64,000 nucleotides of DNA from Takakia lepidozioides (lineage: Eukaryota > Plantae > Bryophyta): the NCBI GenBank assembly GCA_030704615.1, contig CM060731.1, positions 186,001 through 250,000 of the forward strand, in the 5' to 3' direction. The translations under genes and the position numbers were made by a program. A model generated the notes under the pieces. That model was not told the origin of the DNA. It saw only the letters and a list, made by a program, of their open reading frames with translations, and did not search any database. Positions 53,871-64,000 of this stretch are shown piece after piece. The first letter of the stretch is position 1. Each line of letters opens with the position of its first letter.

Positions 53871-54732
53871 CCGGGCATTGCCACACAAGAGGTGTGGTGT
53901 CCAATGGTGACAACTGAGGTGGTCCTGGTGCAATCACCGCACTCTCCTCCTCTCTTGATGGTACAAAGGCCTCTACCCAGGCTTGTTGCACACGTCTATC
54001 AGCAGCCTGCTGCAAATCCTTGTTCGTACCCCACAATAGAGTGTGAGCAACCATGACAGACAATTCCGCCATACCATGCATGTCATCCTGCTTTGCTGGA
54101 GGTGGCACATCATCTGCATGGGCATTGCCCTCCAACAACTCTCCAGGCCAACTAACTGCAGTTGTGAAGGCTGCTAGTGTTGGCATCTTACCCCGCTGGG
54201 TCGCAGCAACACCCCCAATGAATGTCACAGGGAGCTGTACACGACAACCATCCCCTGACTGCCATCCAGGCCTGTAGAATGCTGACTCCTCCCAAAAATC
54301 CAGGGTGAAGCCTATGGGATATAATACTGCCCCCACCAACGAGGACATCGTAAGAGACCGCGTCTTTCACAATGACCTTGGCTCACATCACTGAGCCATC
54401 TATAGGATGATCCGGCTGTAGTCTAATGGCCAACTCACGCCGTGTCATGCCCCGAGCCTGCTCTGATCCTCCTAAAGATGTCTGTATCTGGAAGGGACAA
54501 GGCTCCATATCCGCCTCCATGAGGCCCAAACCTGCAATAACGGCTCTGCCCAACATCAGTGGCTGAGCTCCCGAGTCCAACAAGACCCGCAGTGGTCGGT
54601 ACCTCTTGCCTGCCGGTCCACTCAAAGAGAAAATGCCATCCTGGTTGTCTAACAAGACAACTCCAGGTGTCACCATGGCAAGCTGCAGCTGCCAGGTTGA
54701 CGGAGCTGCCAGCTAGGCCAGCCTTTGAACGC

Positions 54733-55083
54733 GCCTGCACGACCGAGCTCCCTCGTTGCTTAGCATCTGAGAGTACTTATGGAGGGAGAGTAGGATGTTG
54801 TGGGGTGGAGTCCCCATAGCTTGGGGTGCCCCTGGCTTGACTCTTATTTTAACGAGTGATTGTATTGTATTTCGTGTTTTTGTGTCAACAGACAGTGTGA
54901 GTTTAGTTTTCATTTCACTCGAGAGAGATGAGCCGCACGACTGACGAGCTCGTGAAGATAAGATGGTTCAAGTGTCAAGCTAAACTTGACACCTGACTTA
55001 ACACTTGAACTAATTCCAAGTGTTAAATACAAATAACTAGATTTATTCTAGTTAGTTTCACACTGTGTTTATTTAACTTGACA
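54733..55083. repeat. Right terminal repeat block: inverted Y followed by direct Z
   Basis: 54733-54917 is the reverse complement of 48795-48979; 54917-55083 is nearly identical to 48983-49149. Confidence 0.9.
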
Positions 55084-55689
55084 CAGTACTGTTTGATTTG
55101 GGTAATGCAACAGTGGGAACCTTAGCAATCTTTGGCTCACGGAGTGCAGAACTAGCAAGTGCTCTTTTGGGTTCACCAAGGCTCTTAGAAGTTGAGAGAA
55201 TTTATGGCACTACATTAGAGTGGGTAGGCGGAGTAGAAGCCACAAAAAAAAACTCTCGGAGAAGTATTGCCAATGGGCTCTATATCAGCCAACCCTACAG
55301 CCACTCCACTGAAGGCAAGTGGTCGTACTACAGACGACGAGTCCTTTGGTGACAGCGCACACAGAGAGGGAAAAACTGGTTTTATAGCCTCTCCCTGTGG
55401 AGGTGACACTAGACACAAATTTGGGAATTGGTAAACGGGTGAAGCGCTGCTTCCTATCTCTGCAAACAAAAAAAAAAAACAAATAGTTTATTGTAAATTG
55501 AAAAGAAAACAAGTATTGCAATATGAAATATGAAATTGCAGTGAGAATGGGAACAATGTACTTTTGTTGTCATCGGTAGAGCCAAGATGGCTTGAAGATC
55601 CATATTTTGTTTCACTCACATAATCTGAAATCTAGCAAAGCAACAAAGTTAGTATATGAAACATAAAACATTAGACATTTATGCTAACA

Positions 55690-56330
55690 CTACTAGAGAC
55701 CACTAGCACTAGCACTAGCACTAGTACTAAAAACCTTATGTACAGCAAAGCCATGCACTAAGCCCTAAGCACTACACAAAGCACTAAAGCACTAAGCAAA
55801 ACACTAAGCACTAGCACTAAAAACCTTATGTACAATCTGATTTCCAGCAAAGCCATGCACTAAGCCCTAAGCACTACACAAAGCACTAAAGCACTAAGCA
55901 AAAGTACTAAGCACTAAGGGCACAACCTTCTTAAGCACAAAACAACACTAGTACTCAAGCAAAGAAAGTGAACACAAAAACTACATACTTACCTAAAGTT
56001 CAGCAAAACAAAGAATTTGGTAGACCACTACTACAATTGCCAATATTATTAGTATTGTTGTACTATTAGTACTATTGAAGCATAAAGCAATAGCAAAGCC
56101 CTTCTACCACTAAAAAGCAAACCAAATGAAAGGAAAGGTGCAAGAGAAAGCACTAAAGCAATAGAGCAAGGCCTTCTACCATTGAAAAAAAAACAAAAGC
56201 ATGCAAATGTGCAAGACAAAGCACTAAAGCAATAGCAATGACTTCTACCACTCAAAAGACAGCAAAGGTCCAAGACAAAGCACTACAGCACTAAGACAAT
56301 AGCAAGACCTACCACTCAAAACAAAGGAAG
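55690..56330. repeat. Low-complexity AGCACTA-rich tandem repeats
   Basis: Repeated GCACTA(A/G) and a ~100-bp duplication (55710-55920). Confidence 0.7.
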
Positions 56331-56419
56331 GACTCGACTCTCAACATATTTGAACAATTTTTTTCTAGCCAAATGAGAGGACAACAACCTTAGCTCCAAA
56401 GCAAAACAAAACACTCAAA

Positions 56420-58011
56420 TTAAAGCCAAAACATGTACAGTACTTTCCACTTACCGTGTGTAGGAAATGAAGAGGACAAGACCCGAGTCTTCCGTAATTC
56501 TAACCAAGACAATCGTCGAGAGGCATCACTTGTGATAGACGCTTTGTAGGCCTTAGTAACCTCGGGAGGTACATCTCCAAGTCCCATGGACACCCACCAT
56601 CGTGGATGCATGATTGCTCGACATGACCTCAAGGCACACCGACAACTACTAAGCAAATGGGAACGAAGACAAAACGCATGGTATGTGTGACGGCAACTAG
56701 CCACCACTATATTCCTGTAATGAAAGAAATCATCACAAATAGGACATGCGATTATCACAATGAAATCGCTCGGAGCAGTGTTATGTGGCGGGTTCACTGT
56801 AGGCACTGGAATCAAACTTAAGCCCTCTTGGCCAGCATCCAAATGCTTCAGTTGAGACATCACAAAACCCAATGCCAATACTGCCAAATCAAGGCGACAT
56901 TGCGCCCGAGAGATGGCCATCTCATTCAGATCATGACTCCTCAATAGACCATTGTGCACAACCTGTTGTTGCTCCAAATGCGACTCAAAGTATGAACCCA
57001 TAACATGAGCTCGAGATTTCTCTTCATCTAAGGCTGCAACCCGGGCTGCTAGGACATCAACAGCCTCCTTGCTCGATACCACGTTAGGGTCTTGGTCTGT
57101 CTCGGGATTGAAATATTGCTGACTAGGGAGTGAGGCAACCAATCTACTCACCAAGATTCCCAATTTCTCTCGCTCAAAATGTAAGACACGTTTCTCTATA
57201 ATTAACTTTCCAGAAATCAAACTAAGGCTGTCTTGAGACTCAATAAGACAAGAACGCCTATCGGAAAGAAGAATGTCACTCTTCCCAATAGAATCCTTGA
57301 ATCCACGTCGAGCATCAATCAACTCCCAACAGTCTTGGTAGCAAACGCTATCTCGTCCTCTCTGGACATCACCTCTTCCTTGCAAATGTCAAGCATCACA
57401 GAAGAACTAGAAACTTTTGAAGGCATGGTTTCCAACACACTTTCAGCCACCTCTATCTTAACATGAATGGGATCAGGAGCAATAGGCTGTACCTCCAATG
57501 TCCCTCCATTGTGGAGATTCTCTCCAACCCTCTTCTCCTTGTTTCTGGATTTCCTCTGGATGGACTTAAACTGAGTTTTCGAAACAATAGAAGCAAATAG
57601 AGCCCAATTTACCTTCAGCCCTTTCTTCTCACCAAGGAGACCCCTTGCAAACCCCAAACCGATTTGGTTCAAAGGAATATCTCTCCTTTGATAGACTACC
57701 ATGTGGAGAGCTTCAATCTCTCGCTGCAAATTCTCCGGGGCATTTCGATACTTGTATGCCTCAAGGCTCTGAATCCCATCCTTGGAAACCTTTGTTTCCC
57801 GTACACCAAAAACGGTATCACAATCCTCAACTGAAGGGAGATGTGTAGCCTTGGTGTTCCTCGGGTCATAACCAGTTGAAGAGAGTTTCAGGTAATCCCT
57901 GAAATAGGCCAATGGTAAGGGTTTGTCTCCAAGGTTCTTGAGGAATTCTTCCTCGGGTACAAGGATCTCATCAACCTTAGACTGAATCAGCTCGCTACAA
58001 GATCCTTTCAT
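56420..58011 (-). pseudogene. Frameshifted ORF with coiled-coil-like middle and a RING-H2-like finger
   Basis: Overlapping ORFs 57319-58011 and 56420-57385; CPICDDFFHYRNIVVASCRHTYHAFCLRSHLLSSCRCALRSC. Confidence 0.65.
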
Positions 58012-58904
58012 TGCACTAGTACAGATTAACGTTTTTATGACTATGGATATCACTACATTTGCAGTGATAAGTGCTTCTATGACTACCTCACTCTGCAGTG
58101 ACAAACACGAAGTCAGTTCTACCATGACTACGGAGTGATAAGTGCGAAGTCATGGTCGTCACTGAGGACGTGGCGTGGGATAGTGATGTAGGGTTTGGTG
58201 ATGTAGTCATAACAAATATGACTACATGACTGAAAGTTATGACTGAGGTTACGACTACATCACTACAACATTGCGCCTACATGGAGAGGCCTCTGCATGA
58301 CATGTGGGATCCTTGGGATTTGACATGTGTAATCATCGTCTGGTGGTGCAATGGAGTAGTCATATTGGAGCAGATGTAACTGATACGTGTTGATCATGTA
58401 GATTTTACAATTTATTAAATATTATTTATTTTTAGATGACTAATTTAGATATTGAACTATATTACATTAATATGAAATTTAATAAACCATACGGTGGAGC
58501 TCTCATAAGCACAACAATTGGCAAAGAGGAAAGGCCATCTATACCAAGACACAACCCCTCTGCAAGGAAAGAGAACATGCATTAATCTTCCAATGACCAA
58601 AGAATCAACCCCCAACCCTGCTGGCAATTGCAAAGAGTGGCAAAGTAAGATTCTACCATCAACCCTATTGCATAGACTGGCAGAAGCAACAATATGATAC
58701 AATATGAAAGACACAACTACAATCAAACATGCCATCCATAGAAACACGACAACACAACCTCAGAAGACATTGCACCTTCGAACGATATTGGATGTTAATA
58801 CATCAGACACTGACATGGTGTTTAAACCAGTCTGCCTATATATATTCCCAAAATATACTTCATTCTTCAAGCACGATGTTGCTAAGCACTACCACAACAA
58901 GAAA

Positions 58905-60285
58905 TTGACCACCTACCCATGCAGATTTCTTGTAGCTATCATTCCACAGGCAATCATAGGTAATCTGGAGCTTGAAACCCGGCCCTCTTGGATGAATCTG
59001 GACCTACACTCTATCCCTGCTCCTTCAGCTATCCATGCTTCTACATAAAATCATGCATACATCTTTGCCTTGCTGCTAGCAGCTGACAATGACAGCCTAG
59101 ATTTTTTCTAGGAAACACCCAACTCAACTTATCACACTAGTTCCTATGCTCAATGGTATCTGCTACTCTCTGTAATCCAGCAGGCATTCACCTTTTTGCC
59201 TCAATTGTCCCACGGTCAGAAAGTATTCATTCCACAGCTTCTCCTCGTCTCTGTTACCTGTTTTTGGATACTTTCCTATTGTCACATTGGCAGTTTCATG
59301 TCAAAGTCACTCCAAACTAAATTCACTCAACCAGCTAACTTGCAGAATTCAACATGAAAATTTAGGGCCGATTCTGATAAGAGGGAAAAACAGGGTGAAT
59401 TGTGTTGAAGAAGGTGCCTTGATTACCAGTGCCTAAATTTATCAATTGTGCCGCTGCTCTGTGGCTTCTAGTTGACCATCTACCCATGCAGGTTTCTTGT
59501 AGCTACCCTTCCATATGAAATCATAGGTAATCTGGAGCTTGAAATCCAGCCCTCTTGGATGAATCTGGACCCACACTCTACCCCTGCTCCTTCAGCTATC
59601 CATACCTCTGCACAAATCATGAAGACATCCTTGCCTTGCTGCTAGCAACTGACAATGACAACCTAGAACTATTCTAGCAAAAACCCCACCCTACTTATCA
59701 CACTAGTTCCTATGCTTAATAGCATATGCTATTCTCTGTAATCCAATAGGCATTCACCTTTTTTTGCCTCGATTGTCCCACCATTGATTGGGGGCAGAAA
59801 ATATTCATTCCACAGTTTCTCCTCGTTTTTGGTTCACTCAACCAGCTAACTTGAAGAATTTAACATGAAAATCTAGGGCCGATTCTGATAAGAGGGAAAA
59901 ACAGGGTGAAATATGTTGAAGAAGGTGCCTTGATTAGCAGTGCCTGAGTTTATCAATTGTGCCGCTACTGCTGCGGCTTCCAGTTGATCATCTACCCGTG
60001 CTGCTTCCACAGGGAATCATAGATAATCTTGTGCTTGAAATCCGGCCCTCTTTGATGAATCTGGACCCACACTCTATCCCTGCTCCTTCAGCTATCCATG
60101 CCTCTGCACAGATTATGCATACATCCTTGCCTTACTGCTAGCAGCTGACAATGACAGCCTAGATTTGTTCCAGCAAACACACTCCAGTTATCACCCTATG
60201 CTCAATGGCATCTGCTACTCTCTATAATCCAACAGACATTCACCTTTTTGCCTCTATTGTCCCACCATTGACTGGGGTCAGAAAG
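58905..60285. repeat. About 2.5 tandem copies of a ~500-570 bp module shared with 4600-5470
   Basis: TTGACCA(T/C)CTACCC-type block recurs at ~58905, ~59472 and ~59984. Confidence 0.85.
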
Positions 60286-61018
60286 AAGCTTTTTGGACTT
60301 CCCCTCTCTACTTCTCCTCTGCATATGAGCAAGCAGACCAGAACATCCAAACTCAATTGCAAGACTGAGTAGAACATCTCAACTGGCAACCAGCAACTGA
60401 ACTGCTCAGAAACACATTCAAATTGAAGTTGGAACACGGAGGGAGACAAGCTAGGATGGAAACATAACGGAACCCTTAATGTCAATGATACATGGAACAT
60501 ACAGTACTAACATTCAACATGTCAGACAAAAGCTCCATGGGTTGCCTTTGAACATAAGACCGAGAAACATGAATGGCCAACACTCCATTTGCTTGCTCCA
60601 TTTTTTCTGTGTAAAATTTCATGTAAACCTGTACACCTACATGTACAAAGAAGTAAGTGGAAGGCTTTTGGACATGGTGATCGCATATTCATAAGCCAAT
60701 TTGACACGATCGACTCAACTAATTACTAGTTTGCTTTAGGATTGGTGTCTGGGAATGTATTGCTTGGGAGATAATAGATGCTCAATGGTGTGTTGGCAAT
60801 CTCAGTTTAGGCACAAAAGTCTAGGATTCAGTGAGTGCATGTGGGCCAGTTACTCATGGCACTCAGTATCGCAGGTCGTGGCCCTTGACTGCTTTTTAGA
60901 AGCATCGTCCGTTGCTTGTAGCAAGAGAGGTGGGACACAAAGCAGCTGTAATTAGTTTGAGCTCGTAATATGTTGCTATGACAGTGATGTCATATCCGCG
61001 CGAGACCCTGCTGCACAT

Positions 61019-61423
61019 TTGACACATCGATGGGGCAAACTGAAAAGACGGTGGCCACCAACAAAGACGAACGAGACCTGGATGGCCAACGCACTTTGCG
61101 ATGCTATGCATGCACAGTGTAAGGTTGCAGAGATGTTTCTCTCCCCGGGAATGGGGCGAATATTTCATATGTCCACGGCTGGGTCCGTTGCGTGCAATGA
61201 TGTGTACACAATGATAATATCTGAGTTCCCAGCGTGCAACTGTCCAGATTTCCTTGTAATGGAATCCAAGAACGGAGCATATTTCCCCTACAAACACCTG
61301 TACTACATATATCTGAAGCACATGAAGTGCATTCTGGCAGTGGACGACTTCATCCATGCTCCAACACTGAGCTTCAACGAGCTCCATAAGGCCCTTAGGC
61401 AGGATACAGGGAGAAGTGGTTGA
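61019..61423 (+). pseudogene. Isolated C-terminal SWIM fragment of the same transposase family
   Basis: PGMGRIF...YTMIISEFPACNCPDF...PYKHLYYIY...DDFIHAPTLSFNELHKAL matches the ends of transposases A-C. Confidence 0.85.
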
Positions 61424-62111
61424 CAGTCCACCATCAAAATTCTGATACTGGAATTTGTGTATTGGGTAGTTGTAGGCTACGGTGGACCAAAAACGGCGTA
61501 ACATGGCAGTTTCTGCAGTGATCTCCATTCATGGTACCTTTTATAGTAAAATCACAACTCAATATTTCATTCAACTTTAAGAATCCATAGCTCTTTCATA
61601 GATGATCATTTTTACAATAAAAAAATTGGAGTATGTTATGGACTGCAGCGTTACACATGAAAAACCATATGGACTAAAAAAATATCATATACACCTAAGT
61701 AATAGCAAAAAAGAAAACACATTAGGGGTGCCATTTTTGAAAGCTACCCAAATGCACTTTTATATGGACTAAAAACATCAAGGAATGAGAGGTATGGACT
61801 AATTTATACTAAACACTAGGCCCAAACTGGGCCTATTTTCCCTAATGTACATCATCCTCATTTAGAGGCTTTTGGGATATCATCATTACTAAAAAGGTGT
61901 AACAACCCATAGACTTGGGCTCTGGATGTTGTTGTGTCTGCCAGCAGATCCCCTTCAACGCCACACCCCTACCAAGAAGAGGTGCCAAGTGATATATGGA
62001 AAAAATTCAAAAATCTATAATTATTATAAATAAAATTGATTTTCTATTTTTTCAGAATTAAATACTAAAATTTCTAATAAAACAATTCTAGCCTATTTGG
62101 GGTGAGATTTT

Positions 62112-62600
62112 TTGCAGAGTGTGATGGATGCTCATCAAGTGTTCAATGAAATGCCTGAGCGAGATGTGATCTCATGGAATGTGATGATTGCAGGACTAGC
62201 TGAGGAAGGGCATAGCGGAGAGGCAATTGAATTCTTTCAGCGAATGCAACAGACAGGCATGAAGCCTAACAAGGTCACATTTATGAGCATCCTCAAAGCA
62301 TGTGGCAGCCCAATAGCTCTGGAACATGACAAGCATTTCCATGCGAGCATCATCAAGGTGCCCCATTTCCCAGTGCGAGATCATGAGAGGATTTGAGTCA
62401 AATCTCCTTATGGGCACTGCCCTTGTCAGCATGTACTGCAAGTGTGGGGATATGGTGGGTGCAAGCCAAGTGTTTGACAAAATGCCCAAATGTGATCTCA
62501 TGGAATGTGATGATTGCAGGATTAGTTCAGCAAGGGCAATTCCAACAGACAACTGAATTCTGGCAACGAATGCAACGAGAAGGCTTGAATCCAATGTTTG
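62112..62600 (+). pseudogene. PLS-class PPR fragment
   Basis: AHQVFNEMPERDVISWNVMIAG...MKPNKVTFMSILKAC; GTALVSMYCKCG; frameshifted. Confidence 0.9.
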
Positions 62601-64000
62601 CATGTACAATCTCTTTGTCTATGGGACTTCTGCCTCACATCTATTTTGAACATATACTTGTAGGAAACACCACATTACAAGGCAAAGTTTCTGTTCAGAT
62701 TTACCATACTTCAGCAGCAAGTTATGTATACCAAGAGAGCATTTAGCATCAGGGTACCTCAACATTGCAGCAACCAGAAATCAATAAGAGTTTTTACTGG
62801 CATGCAAGTGTGACAGATTTGTGCATCAGGTAGAAATGCTTTATGTTTAACAAGGTACATCAACATAGCAACCTGGCTATGCAATACATGCTGTCTATTA
62901 TCAGAGTGTCAAATGGTAGCAAGATAAACATAGCGTCTCAGCTAGCTATACAAATTAAAGAAGAATTTATCGTCTCCACAATGGCTTGGCCATACTGCAT
63001 AACAGCGGGCAAAATCTGGGGCAAACGAGCGGTGGGAATTTCTCGCACGGCATCCCCGCTTGAAGGCGATGACGATCTGGAATTTCTTGGGCTTCCACTG
63101 CTGGAAGACACATTGTGCGGCAACATGACGGGCCCTCGAACATAACCATTTTAGCTAGTTACATGAATCAAGGAAGAATTGCTCATAAGGCCTAGTTACC
63201 TCAAAATATGCAGAATGCTAAAGCTAGTTGAGGTTTCATACTGGCATGAGACAGATTTCTGGAAGAACTAGGTATCAGGTATTGATGCCAGTCTTTCCAA
63301 AAGGTCTTAAAAACTCCAATTACTGATATATGCTCTTGGCATTTAAAAAATCTTGCTGGGATCTTATCTTCTGCAGAATGTTCGTGTAGGTCTTATGCAC
63401 TTGACGAAGCATCTCATGTTTTGGTGGATGCTAAGTCAGTGTAGAAATTCTTCATTGTACCAAAAACATTCCAATAACCTGTCATTTCTAGCCTTGACAG
63501 GTAAGTCCAAAGAGCCAGACATCCTTGAGACTCTCTAGATGTAAGGTACCCAAAGCAACTCAGCAGCCTGTCACATGTAGCTCTGACAGGTAAATCCACC
63601 GAGCCTAGCTATCATGGAACTTCTGCCGATGTTAGGCATTGGTATAATTGCCATATTGGTACCATATAACATGTCTGAAAGTTACCCAAAGTAGTTCAAG
63701 CTACTGTGAAAGATGGGTGCCTCCACACATACTTCCAGGTTTTGAACACCAAATCATGAAGAGGCATTAGGTAAACCAGGTTTTGGGTATGATTACCAGA
63801 ACCAGAAACTACAAAATCTCTAATTCAAGAGTGATAAACGCTAGAAGGAGATAAAGTCTTGAAGAACCATATTGTTCAACAAACTCAGCTGAACAGACGG
63901 TTGGTTGATGTGCTTGTTCCCTTCAGCGACATCGTGTGATCTCGCAAACTGAAAATCAACACGTCAAGTGGAAGTCCGAGACCTGCGCCCGTCCCAAAAA

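Larger units (their letters stand above)
48709..55083 (-). mobile_element. Ty3/gypsy retrotransposon encoding a C5 DNA methyltransferase and a PHD finger; most of gag is missing
   Basis: Order PR (VLLDSGA) - DNMT - RT (RMCGDYRPVN, YIDDII) - RH (LHTDWS, ECLAVVW, TDHQPL) - IN (WSLDFAGP, DRGREF, GLAER) - PHD; TG...CA outer ends; 4-bp duplication CAGT (48705-48708, 55084-55087). Confidence 0.92.
58014..64000. mobile_element. Probable second Pack-CACTA; left end seen, right end not in the window
   Basis: CACTAGTACAGA at 58014, then CACTAC/GACTAC/GTAGT subterminal repeats, an AT-rich tract, and the same cargo module as 4001-8136; right extent uncertain. Confidence 0.6.

Noticed and set aside
48709-55083. 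DIRS/Ngaro classification because of split and inverted repeats
   Set aside because: It encodes a DDE integrase and an aspartic protease, and no tyrosine recombinase is visible.
62750-64000. Possible host gene exons on the minus strand (SSSGSPRNSRSSSPSS...)
   Set aside because: Fragmentary with stops, and no family could be recognised.

Overview
Eukaryotic, almost entirely transposon-derived window, most likely from a non-seed land plant (PLS-type PPR fragments, GT-AG introns, plant-type gypsy and CACTA elements). Left to right: a decayed Ty3/gypsy 5' half (1-3935); a Pack-CACTA carrying PPR fragments (4001-8136); three diverged ~12-14 kb Mutator-like DNA transposons (A 10391-24105, B 24179-35953, C 35959-48310); a gypsy element whose pol includes a C5 cytosine methyltransferase and a PHD finger and whose terminal repeats are scrambled (48709-55083); a RING-finger ORF; and a second Pack-CACTA starting at 58014. 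The main candidate new system is the Mutator-like family. Each copy has two divergently oriented genes: a GCM-like/MULE-DDE/SWIM transposase, and a multi-exon gene fusing a ParB/Srx-like domain (VWDGNHR) to a beta-class N6A/N4C DNA methyltransferase-like domain (DIP[DN]G ... LDLxxGTG). Each copy also has its own non-coding arrays of palindromes built on a shared CG-N4-CG core. B and C sit tail-to-tail and share one 9-bp target duplication, so they appear to have moved as a single 24-kb composite. All ORFs carry frameshifts or stops. Domain calls come from motif recognition by eye, and novelty could not be checked against databases.
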